This document shows positions 39,633 through 51,734 of a stretch of DNA of 64,000 nt, piece by piece. The notes beneath the pieces are model-generated. The model saw nothing but the letters and a program-made list of their open reading frames with translations, was not told where the DNA came from and ran no database searches. How positions within the stretch are numbered: position 1 is the first letter of the stretch; the number at the start of each line of letters is the position of its first letter. Source of the DNA: Antechinus flavipes (lineage: Eukaryota); assembly GCF_016432865.1 (NCBI RefSeq), contig NC_067398.1, forward strand, positions 270,940,001 to 271,004,000, read 5' to 3'. The position numbers and the translations under genes are program-made.

Positions 39633-41803
39633 GTACTTACTCCAAATCCAGCTTTCATGACTTAAATGCAGAGTTATCTCTTTCCTTGATAGTCCAATAT
39701 ACTAATTGATGTTTTGTTTGTCATATGTGCCAGACCCACAGTTGAGCATAATTATATAGATTCACACATTTTTCTAAATCTGTAGATGATTTGTCATCTC
39801 AGAACTTGATCCTGCCTCAGGACATTCTGGTGTCTGCACTACACAAACATGGCAATAGGAATGCTAGTCTTAGACAACATAAAAATTCCATGTGAAAGGA
39901 AAGATTCTACATTATCCAGACCAGTCATTTGATACTGGGTCAATTATCAAGAGTTCCAATGGGATTCTGGGTTCACTGGCTTTCCTATTCTCCTTCTTCC
40001 CGAATAGAGATGATGAATGGAACATACAGAAAACTTAATATTGGCTCTTGAACCTTTAGGTTTCATTACAGATATTAAAAAAAAATTTCATCTGGTGAAT
40101 GCGTCAAAGAATAAAAATAGTGCATAATTTAAGGAATTCGCGGATGGTTTTTTCCAGTTAAATCTTTAAAAAAGCTTCTGAGTTATTCTGGGAGAGTTAC
40201 ATCTTCAGGGATACAATCTACTCTTGTGTGTGTATAGAAGTCAATGATTAGAATCCCCCCCTCCTCTATTCTCTTTTCTTTTGAAAGTGATAACAATACC
40301 ACCTCCACACATTACATAGGTAGACTTTGTCAGTTTCCAGTCTTTATTACTTTACATAGCTTTTCCATACATGCCTGATTATACTAAGAGGAAATAGGGT
40401 CAAGGATTGGATCTGTGTGCTCCTAGTGAGGTACTCCTATTAATACAGGTTGGCAACTTCTCTGTAACCTAAGAGTCTTAGGTTGTGACCAAGAGCACTG
40501 AGATATTAAATGCCTAAGGGTCATAAAGCCAGTATGTGTTAGAGGGAGGACTTGAATCCAAGTCTTCCTGGCTTTAAAGTGAACTCTTTATTCACTAAGC
40601 CATATACCTCCATTTCCCATAGTAAGGGAGAAATATTAATTCTTTTAAATCTTGAGTAAGGATCACTTAATTTTTCGATTCTAATACAAAAATAGTTACA
40701 TTGGTTTAGCATTTTGAAATTTTCAAAACACTTTCTCAAACTATATTGTTAGATCCTCCTAGCAACTGTTTGAGGTAATTATGTTCCCATTTTGCAGATG
40801 AAGAAACTTGAATGTTGACTCAGGCCAGTGCTTATTTCAATACATCATGCTGCTCCCTTAAAGAGTAAATGTGCTTACCTAATGTCTATCTAGGAATGAG
40901 TCTCTGGGGAGTCTAAAGCTCATTAAATAGAAAAGAAAATAGAAGTTGATAGAAAGTGAACACTGTTGCATTTGTGAGGTCTTGTGAGCAATGCCCCTCC
41001 TCCAGTATCCCTACCCCAGTGGGCTCCTTATTTTTCCAGTCTGTTGTATGTACTGTTCTTGTTTACTAATCTCCAGAGTATTCAAATAGTAATCAAGCAT
41101 ACTCTCACGTCCAAGTTATATGATGAAAAAACAGTAGCTGCACATTTCCAGGTGCACTGAACACAGCCCTGCTAACTTCTTGGCACAATGAGCAAGCTTG
41201 GTATTTGTCTGCTGCTTCAGTTTCTCCCATCTGTCTGGAAATTCACATCTGGTCCCATAAAATTGCTCTTATAGCTCGGCAGAAGCCAATGAGATCTGCT
41301 TTTCATCAGTGTTCAGCTGGAAAACTTGTTACTATTGTTTTGTCTGAATTGGAGGTCTTTATGTAAGAACCTGAACTTCATGGTTGATAATTTTCAGTTC
41401 ACTTCTTCTAAGACAAGCAGGTTTTAAAATTCATTCCAGAGATGAGGAAAGCTCTGATTTTCACTTTCAATCCATAAGCTGAAAGCAAGCATCAATATGA
41501 TTTTCCAGTCTAGGAGCTGCCCTTAAATTTATCCATGTATTCCACGGTGAGGTATGCTATTAGTTAAGGACTACCTGAGACTATTTTCTAAAGGACAGAA
41601 AATTGCCATTTAACTACTGAATTAACTCTCTCTACTCTTTCTGTCTCTGTCTTTATTTCTCTTTCTGTCTGTCTCCCACTACCTTTCTCCATCTCTCTTA
41701 ACTCTAGCGATCTGTTTACACACACTAATTATTAAAACTTCTGCATCTCCAGACTAAAGGGTTCTGATCCACTGCGCACATTTTAGTAATAATTTTGGTC
41801 CAT

Positions 41804-41945
41804 GGGGCAGTTAGATAGTTCAGTGGATAGAGTTGTAGCCCTGAAGTCAAGAGAAGCTGAGTTCAAATATGACCTCAGTCACGTAACACTAGCTAGGCAA
41901 GTCACTTAACCCCAAATGCCTAGTCAAAAACAAACAAACAAAAAA
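41804..41945 (+). mobile_element. WSINE1-like SINE
   Basis: Head, B-box and (aaac)n tail. Confidence 0.78.
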
Positions 41946-43274
41946 AACTCCATAATTTTGGTCTAGAAGAACATAGTAACCAAATTTAACAACTTTAAAA
42001 TTGAGAAGCTATGATTAAAAAGAAACAGTAAAGTTTAGCACAGCATTTCCCAAATTTCTTACACTTAATACTTAAACTTTTATAGTTTCTCCCTTTCACA
42101 CTTTGGAAAATTACTGAGCAGTCCAAAGAGTTTTTTGTTATGTAAGTTCTATCTTTTGATATTTGTCATATTAGAAATTAATAATAATAATTGCTGTACA
42201 AATGTGGAAACTGAGGCAGGCAGAAGTTATGTGACTTACTCTGCATTATCATCTAATTAGTGTCTGAGGCCAAATGGGAACTGAAGACATCCTAAGTTCA
42301 AGTCCAGTGGTCTATCCACTGTGCAATTGCCTACATTTTTCTATTAATATGAACACAGCTTTAATCTCAAGTGCCCTTCCAAAAGTCCTTAATGACTTTC
42401 AGGGGATCCTAGGACACACTTTAAAAAACCACTAATGTAGTAAATAGAAAGGTAGCTATAGTTGGAAAACATGCATCTGACTCTTACACATACCAGCTCT
42501 GTGACCACTGGAGATTGTTATTGGAAGAAATTCTTAGTATAGTGAGTCTACATTTTTCCTACTGAAAAACAAATACTATTTGTGAAAATTCAAAAAGACA
42601 TTTGTTGATACTTTCTAACCTAAAAATAGAAAAGGAAGCATTTGGTAAATGGAGGGACAAAAGTAGCTATGGAAAGTAGCTATCCTCATGATGTGGGGAT
42701 ATCAGCAAAAAAAAAAAAAAAGATTAATATTCAATGGATAGGATTTTTGGATAACATCTGGCTTTGTTGGTGTGATAGACGAGAAGTAAATCGGTTTGAG
42801 AGTCAGGTGATTCCAGGCTCAGCTCTGCTACTGAGACATTGAGGGAAAAATTAGATCTTGGTTTACTCATTTGTAAAATGAGAAGGTTGAACTAGATACT
42901 TTGCAGGCCTAATATTCCATGAATCTAAGATATTAAATGGTGCCAGTCATTGCTTGTATACAAGACATGGTAATCGTTAAAGGAAAGCAGAAATCAGTTG
43001 CATGTAGGCTGATGAATGGGAGAAAGACCTTAATTAATAAAGGAAACATTTTGAAACCTACTAAATGCATGTATAAGAATTCCTAATCTAAAAAACTGGA
43101 CAGAAAACAGTATGGGGTAAGTCAACAACTTGGGAATAAATAAAGACCCTTACCCTTAGCTCAACCTTTTGCCATTCAGAAAGTTGAATTCAGTAAGCAA
43201 TAGTCCCTTAGGAGACTGTCCAAGGTGGAAAAAGCTTAAGAAAACTTTTTTTTTTTAAACACTTAGTATTTTCT

Positions 43275-43500
43275 AACTGAGGGCAACAACAGTGAATAGA
43301 GGGCTGGGTCTCAAGAAACATTCATCTTCTTGAGGTCAAATCTGGTCTCTTAACACTTAATAGCTCTGTGATCCTAGGCAAATCACATCACTCTGCCTCA
43401 GTTTCCTCATCTGTAAAATGCATGGAGGAAAGAAATGACAAACTACTCCATTATCTTTGCCACACCCCAAATGGGAAGAGCTGAAAATGACTGAGCAACC
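43275..43500 (+). mobile_element. MAR1-like SINE
   Basis: Head, core and tail. Confidence 0.68.
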
Positions 43501-43779
43501 TTCTAGAGGAGCCTTGTTATAAAAACCTGAACTTTATCTTTCTCAGCTTTTATTTTATGCCTCTAATTGAAACTTAATAGAGTGTTAGGGTAAGGTAGAA
43601 GGAGTGTTGATTTTGGAGTCCTATAGACCTATCTTCAAGAGCCAAATCTGACTTATGACCCTATAAAAATAATTCAGCACCCCAGACAATTCTTCCAAGG
43701 CTATAATAAGTTGCCAGGCAAATGTTAATGTGCACTGGTGAAAGGGAATTTTCAGATTAAAACAAATTTCCCTATACCA

Positions 43780-44010
43780 AGGATTTTTAACCTAGACTGT
43801 AAGCCCTTGGAAACATTTATGTAGAGGGCAGGAATTCCATGAACTAAGATGGAGAAGAAAAATTACATTTTTATTTTCCTTAACTTCTAATTGAAATCGA
43901 GCATTTCTCCTAATTATATAAAAACATTATTCTGAGAAAGAATTCATAGACTTCATCATATTGCCAAAGGAGCCTGCTACAAAAAAAGATTATGAACCCC
44001 TGATTTATAC
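43780..44010 (+). mobile_element. hAT-Charlie-like MITE (relatives at ~15000-15140, 23140-23300, 45860-45975, 52700-52875, 60270-60450)
   Basis: Recurrent acattattctgagaa...ccataga...tgccaaagg...aaaaagattatgaacccctg motif. Confidence 0.6.
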
Positions 44011-46789
44011 CAGTGAAAGATCCAATTTTAAAAATTCCCTTGATTGCACTGTATTTAGCGTAGTGGCCCGAACAATAGATTTTGAGTCAGGAGATCCTTA
44101 TCATTTTTGTTAACTTGAGCAAGTGACTTAACCTCCCTGGGTCTCAATTTTCTCATCTGTAAAAAAGAGGATTTGGGACTAGATGAGTTATGAAGTCCCT
44201 CTCAAATTTAAATCTATGACATTATGAGCCTAGATCTGGAATAGAAGGAGAAGCTAACTTTTGATTTTTGTGGCTTGAGAATATCTGATTTATAAAAATA
44301 GTTATAATTCCACGTTGCATTCCATATTCCAAGGATCTTAATCATTTGCATGGCTGGAAGTGGGGAACTGGTGACAGCTTGATGTTATAGGAACAATACT
44401 GAGGGCCAGAAAGCTGTTATTTGAGAGCTCAGTTTTGCCACTATTTCTTTGATTTTGCCTGAGATCAGTTTACTTTTCTGAGGCTTAGCTTCTTCATGTC
44501 GAAAATGAATGGTTTTGACTAATTGCATGCTTAACTCTCTAAAATGTGAAACATTTTACATAGATTCTTTCATTGGATCCTAACAACAAATATAGGGGTA
44601 GGTGTTAGGATTATTCCCATTTCATAGATGAGGAAACTGAGGTTGAGATAAAGTTGTACAAAGTAGAATATGGTCACAAATTAGTAATTGTCCCAGGTAA
44701 GATTCAACTTCAGATCTTCCTGAATCCAAATCCATTGCTCTTTCCCCTATGTTTTTTTGGTATGAAGTCTTGAGAGAAATAGGTTTTACATTTAATCTGA
44801 GTGAAAATGATCAGTGTAAACAAAATGTCCTTCTTCTGGAAAATTTAAAATAGTCTATCATCTATCTTGTCCAACTTAACTAAGTTACCTAAGATGTTTT
44901 TATTCTTGACCCCTTGATTATGTATTTTTTAAAAATCTAAAATGTTGTTCTCACTCTGTTTAAATTGAGTTGGAAAATCATGAAACCACAAGAACTTCAT
45001 CTTTTCCCACAGTTTAGTACACCTTGGGATAGCTAGGTGGCTGACCCAGGCCTGGAGTCAGGAAGATTTGAGTTCAAATATGTCCTCAGACACTTACTAG
45101 GACTGAAAGAATTGAGCAATAACAAAAATAGCATACCTTTGCACATATCTGATTCGCCCACCTTTCTTTTAATTAGCAAATTATTTGGCATGGTCTATTT
45201 CTAGAAAGTGTTACTACCTACTTCTTGGGGAAGGAAACTTATTTTTCTAGTTCATTCGAAGGGAAATGGAATCATGAGTGATGAGCAAAGGGAATTTTAA
45301 AACATCATATAAGATATATGGGTAATGAACCCAGAGACAAGCCTTTCAGCCAACTGAAGCCAAGAGAGGAATCTATTTGTATGATCAGTCAAAATACTAA
45401 TTGCACCTAAATCATCCTTTTCTCACTTTATACAGTGACTAAGAATTAGAAATCATTTTACTATCTAACTAGAAGAACTAGTGTCTAATTGAATTTCTTT
45501 CTGCAAAATTGTGCAACTTCACCATAAGTATGCACTCATAGCATGAAATTTGACTTAAAATGTGCTGGATCTGTCTCCAAGAGTTCATAACGTAGGGGCC
45601 ATCAATGTTTTAAAAATATTTTAGTTGGTGATGATTATGATTCTAATAATAACTAGTACTTATATAGTGCTTTAAGGTTTACATAACATTTTATGCATAT
45701 TATTTCACAACTATTCTGGGAAATAGTGACAACTATTATTAGCATTTGTTCAGGGTTACACAGATAGAATCTGAAGCCACATTTGAACTCAGGTCTTCTG
45801 ACTCCAAGTGCAGAACTCTATCCATTGAACTATCCAATTGTACTTCAGTGTAATTGATTACTTTTATAATTCTATATATTTTATTTTATGCTTTTATGAA
45901 CATTATTCTCATTGTACTATAGGTTTCACCAGTCTTCCAAAGGATTTCATAACAAAAATAGGTTACAAAGCCCTTAGTCAGGGCTTGAACTATGTAAAAG
46001 ACTTTAGTTTATAAGATGGTTTTGCTTTACTAAAATGGTCCCCAAAGCAAGAATGACTTTTCTACAGGACTCAATTTCTTCCTGTCCAAGTCTAAGTGAT
46101 TTTGGACAAAACTTTAGAGGATCACAGATCTAGAGTTGAAAAGGACCTTAAAAGGCCACTGAGTTCCACCTCTTCCTCTCACAAATGAAGAAACTGAAGA
46201 TGAAAGAAGTTAAGAGACTGGTCTCATAATTACTGCCTACTGCCTTAGGCACTAAGAACTAAGTGGCTACTGACTCCAAAAGTGAGGAAGAGGAAAGGGC
46301 AGAGATATACTGAGAATCTGTAAGCAGAAGACAATAGATTTTTTGTGGTCATGTCAGTTTATGGTCATCTGAATCCTTCGTAAAACTTCCCAATATGGCT
46401 AATGCAGTAACTCTCAATCCATTTACCATAGAGATTTCACTACAAGAACGCAAAGGAATCTTGCATCAAGGTTTAGTACTGTTTGCTGAAACTTCCAGAA
46501 CCCGAAGAATATGACAAGTGCCTAAAGTGAGACAGTCTTTAAGTGAGAAGAAAAGGGATGGCTTTATCCAGACATAGAGAATAAGATATTGGTGTGGAAT
46601 GGCATGAAAAGTAGCAATCAGGGGAATTAGTATCCCGAGTGAAAGCTAATAGCCATGGATTAGTAGTCAGAACAGAATGTGAATCCAGACATATTTGTTA
46701 GTGTTTATTTGTTTACTGAACAGCCTCTTCCATTATAGAATGTCACCCCAATACAAAAGATCTTGGCAAAGTGAGAACTGAAAAGAATC

Positions 46790-46855
46790 CAAGTCCAGAA
46801 ACACAGAAGTAGGTGCGTGAAAAGGCAGTTTATTTTCTATTAATACTGTACAGAG
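46790..46855 (-). terminator. Candidate distal cleavage/polyadenylation site
   Basis: Minus strand reads ctcTGTAcagtattaatagaaAATAAActgccttttCAcgcacctacttctgtgtttctgg: UGUA upstream element, AAUAAA (46829-46834), CA, then a GU/U-rich downstream element. Confidence 0.4.
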
Positions 46856-49826
46856 GAAAAGAGAGAAGCCACAGTTACAGCTTGACTGTCTCTGGCAGTG
46901 TTATTTCTGATGTCTTTTTTGTTTGTTATTAATCTGTAGGAGACAGAACAGTCAATGTATGCTTCAGGTTACAAAGTTCAGCAGCTAGCCCAGAAATTGT
47001 AATTCAGTGTGAGCACAACAGGTCCCCTTTCCCCCCACCCCCAACAAAAATGGATCTATTTACATGTATAAGGCTCACCCAAAATGAGTTAGCTAAAGCT
47101 GAAAATTTCCATCAACAACTTACATTCAGTGTAAAGCTGCATTTTACACAACATTTTCTTAAACCCCTGTAAGAATCAAATATATTTAGGTTTGAAATTT
47201 GAGAGAAAGGAAATATGCATTCCCTCTGTCCCCCTCTACCCCCAAAATTCCCAATAACCAACAATGAAAAAAAAAAAAAACCAGGAGTTACTTTCCATTT
47301 TCTGAAACATTATTTCACTCTACTGGATTCTTTCTGTTCTAATTAGGAATTATGCTTTGAACACTACTGCATAAGCTGTTGCTAGATGCTACAAAACTAT
47401 GAAGAAAAATTTTCTCTCTAAGCTGAGAGATGTTTCCTTTTTTTTTCAGCTCTACGACAAAGCAGACTTTTAGAGTTCAGAATTCGCTCTAATGGATAAC
47501 TGCATAACTTTGCTTTCACTAGATTTGGTTTGCACAAATGCCTCTGATATAGGGGTACTCATTCAAAATAACAGCTGAGCTTGAGTAGGACTTATTTGAA
47601 AGAAGCTCAAATGACATACAAGAGAAAACATGACAGGGCATGGAAAGACTTCTTTCTTTTATTAAACTGAGTTCCTTGAGAGCATAGGCTTTTTTTTTTT
47701 TTTTTTTTTTAATTTTTAAAAAACCTTTCTAAGTGTTTCCTATACTTAGGATAGTTGCCTGGCATATTGTAACTGGTTAATAAATACTTATTAAATAGAC
47801 TTCTGAAGCCACTAGAGGAATCTATTTGCATGATCAGATAAAATACTAATTGCTACTAAATCACCCCCCTCCTTTTTTTTTCTTTCTATTTTATGCAATG
47901 ACTAATGAGAAATATAAATGCTAAATGCATCCTTTAAGTTCTGTTTTCCTCTGATTTGAGGAACTATCTGTGCTTGGAAAACTATATGAAGATGCAATTC
48001 GTAGGCAACTTCTTTCAAATATTTGGATTTTTTAAAATAGGTAGTGTTGAATGAGCTACGATGTTGCATCTGGGGAAGATCTAGGGAATTGAGAACATAT
48101 GCAGTTGGAAATAATATTTGCTAAAAAAGAGAAGAAATTTGAGAGCTCTGAAGTGCATTTCACAACAGGATGGAGATCATTCACATATGGAGAATAAGAA
48201 TTATTCTACTTGACTGTTTTAAAATGTCCTCTTTCTCCACTGATATTTAGGTATAGTACAGTATTAGGATACTGTAATGTGCAGCTTTTACATTGTAGTT
48301 TTAGGCATTTATGGACAAATCTGAGGCACACAGATGTTTCTGAAATATCATGTCATAACAAAATACAGCATGGTGATTTTAAAAAATTTAATCTTAACTA
48401 TGCTATAACTCCTGAAATAGCTGGAAGAATATGACCTAGACACCTCCTAGACTTTATTAACATATTTGATATTCATAGCTGCCATAATGTAATTAATTCT
48501 TTCAAAGGATCAGATATCACTGTTGGTACAATTAAATTTTTTTAAAAAGTGTTATCTGATCTAATGGCAGGCATAAAAAATTTTATGTTTTGGTCAGTGT
48601 TTGCTAAAAACAGTTGTATGGTGGGATCACTGCATGAATTTGGACACCAACTTTGATGTTTATCACCCAGTTTACCACCACTTAGGCAAGTCACATAATC
48701 TCAATATGTTTTAATTTTCTCATCTGTAAAGTGAGAAGATAGAATTACATGATCTCTGAGGTCTCTTCTAGCTCTATCATTCTATAGACAATCCCACCAC
48801 CTGTTTTTATTCAGTGGTAAGGCAGGGTCAATAATTTCTCTAACAAAGGTATTTGTGAACCTGTTTCCCGATCCAAGGCCTAGGTGAGCTCTGTAAACCC
48901 CACTGCAAAATTGTAATCCTAATAGTGGGATAGAAATGATTCCATTTGTCAAGAGTGCAGTGTTTTAAAATTAAGTTCACAGAATATGTTATCTCATTAG
49001 AAAAATATCATTCCTTTAAAAAAATACATAAATGTAAAATAATACATTTCATTACCTTTCTTCACTTATTTCCATAGCACATTATGAATAATATCAGTTA
49101 ATGAATAATACCCTTCTTTTATACTAGACATTAACATTGGGTTTTCTTTAATATGTCTTCATCCCATTATTATTGTGCTTAATTAAAAAAAGAAAAAAGC
49201 TCTCTTGGACCTAGATCTATACTTTCACTACACTACCAATTCTGGGCAAGAACAGCAAAAACAACTGCAAGTTGGCTACTAAATGGTTTTCACTGGCATT
49301 ACCATATTATGGGGGTGTCACTAACTAAGGTGAATTTCAGCACACCTTCAAAATATCTTCCAGAAACATAAACATTCTTTTAATATTACACTGCAGAAAC
49401 TACTACGACCACATATTTAGATATAGGAATAAGGGCATGTAGAAGTGTTTTCTACTACATTCTACCACAGATAATGATTTTCATATAGCAGACAGCCCTG
49501 GTGGGAATTTTCTATGACTCTCTAAAAAATGAAACTTTACCTTAGTTATTGATTCCTAAATTATAGGAAATGGTAGCATGATATATAACAAGCCTCCTAG
49601 TATGGGTTTCTATTCTCAGCTCTTCCACTGTGTTATCCTTGCTGAGTCATTTCTTCTATCTGCATCCTAATTTCCTCTTCTGTAAAATAAGGGAATTGAG
49701 AAGATGACCTCTGACATTCCTTTGAACCCTGACATGCACTCAGCTGGGAATAGAAAAAGGCATCCAATTGGGTGGTACAGATGCAAAAATATTGCTTAAA
49801 CCCTCTATAGATCACTTGTGCTCATG

Positions 49827-49832
<6 letters not shown>

Positions 49833-49874
<42 letters not shown>
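49833..49874. repeat. (GT)n microsatellite, ~21 units
   Basis: Read directly. Confidence 0.97.
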
Positions 49875-49876
<2 letters not shown>

Positions 49877-51544
49877 GGTCTGTCTTTCTTGAGAATCCTG
49901 GATTTTAATCATAATTCAGAGGAGGCTTGGGCCCTGATACACTAAGAGGTTACAAAAGAGAATGTTGTGTTTATACAGCTTTGGAATACAGCCTGAATTA
50001 TTGAAAAGGACAGAAAAGAAGAAAAATAAATAGAGTACTAAGGCAAACAGTCAAATGGCCCATCAGACCTATTTTATCATTCATTTAGATAACTTCACAA
50101 AGGCAAATCAGATAAGTTCTGTAAACATAAACCATACAGTACATTAGCCATAGGTAAATATATGGAAAACCACCCTGTAATTCTTTTCTTTCTGCACGTC
50201 TATTCTTTTGTCCAAGGGTCTTTTTTTTTAAATTTGAAACTTTCTGATAAAAATTCAATGCTTTGCAAAAACAAAACAAAACAAAACAAAACCCAACCAA
50301 ACAAAAACAGCTCAGATAAATAAAGGACAATAGGGCAAGGAAAACAAATATCATGATACTCTGAAGTATAGAAACTTAGAAAAAATTCACAAAATATTAA
50401 AAAAAAAGTTTCACAGGCAATCATTTTCTTCCTATTTAGTAAAAGTGAACATTGAAAAATGTGTTTTTTATAAAAGTTAAGGCTAACCAGTTCATTGATG
50501 AAAGAAGCATGCAGTTCAGTTTATTTCTGATTTTCTCTCACCCTATGAGGAGTTTTTCATGTTGTAGTTTTGATCTACATATATTTAATTTTTAGTGGAG
50601 TTTAGGAGTTGAGATTCTCTCTCTCTCTTTTTTTTTTTTTTGAGATTCTCTTAAGTAAAAAACAAACCAAAAACTCAAAACACTTTTCTAAAGATTACAC
50701 TCGAAAACTTATCCTTCATGATGTGAAGTATAAATTAGCTCCTTCAGTTCAGGGCCTATTTATTTTTTTGTTTCCATAGATCTGGTACACCTAGCTCAGT
50801 GTTTGGCATACAGTAGGTGCTTCATAAATGTTTGTCAAATGAATGAAAGAATGGAGCTTTTGTTTGAATCTTGATTGTGCAGTTATTCATGTTCAATTTT
50901 TAGAGTGCTTTTTTTTTTAAATAAGTTCAATAGAACTATGAAAATACATACTGATTACCAAATTATGATCCATAATAAGAAATCTTGGTAACAAGATAGT
51001 GCTATAGACATTCAACTCAATATAGGTTCAATTCAATGTGATATTATAACAAAAAATCTTTAATTTTCAGAAAAGACTAGTCTACATAGTATCAGTGAAT
51101 TGGTTAAAGAAATAGGAAAAAAAAAATCTAATCCAGGTTAATTTTTTCTAGTTGTCTACATCATCAGAGTACCCAGGTACTCTGAAATGAGTTAACTGCA
51201 TGGCAAAGATAACTTCTGACCAAGTCTTGTACTATTCAGCTGAGTTTATACTTATCTATCTGCTAACATGTAAATATGACTTGCTTAAGCACTGGGGTGT
51301 TTCTGAAAAATTGTGAACAAGTAGGATTTTGAGTAATCACATTTTATTTTAAATACACAGGGAATCTTATTTATTCTTATATTGGTAGTTGTGAAAATCC
51401 AACACTGTCTTTAAAAACTTTTTCATCAATATACTAGAGATCCCTTAAGTAGGGATATTATTACATAAGTGTCTGGTTGGTAAAACCATATATCACAATC
51501 GTTACTTTACAAAACAGAAATTGCTATAGAGAGAAATACCCCTT

Positions 51545-51734
51545 CATTCTCTTTTTTTTCTTTTTCTTTTCTTTTCTTTCTTTCTTTCTTTCTTTTTTCT
51601 GAGGCAATTGGGGTTAAATGATTTACCCATGGTCCCACAGCTAGGAAGTGTTAAGTATCTGAGACCAGATTTGAACTCAGGTTCTCCTGACTTCAGGGCT
51701 GGTGTTCTATCCACTAAGCCACCTAACTGCCCCA
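51545..51734 (-). mobile_element. Young WSINE1-like SINE with a (tttc)n tail
   Basis: Near-consensus reverse-complement head and B-box; accounts for ORF 51544-51735. Confidence 0.82.

Noticed and set aside
1-46000. AKAP2 exons or the PALM2-AKAP2 linker exon
   Set aside because: I looked for the recalled linker and AKAP2 peptides on the minus strand and found no match. They probably lie beyond the window start, although a diverged copy could be missed by eye.
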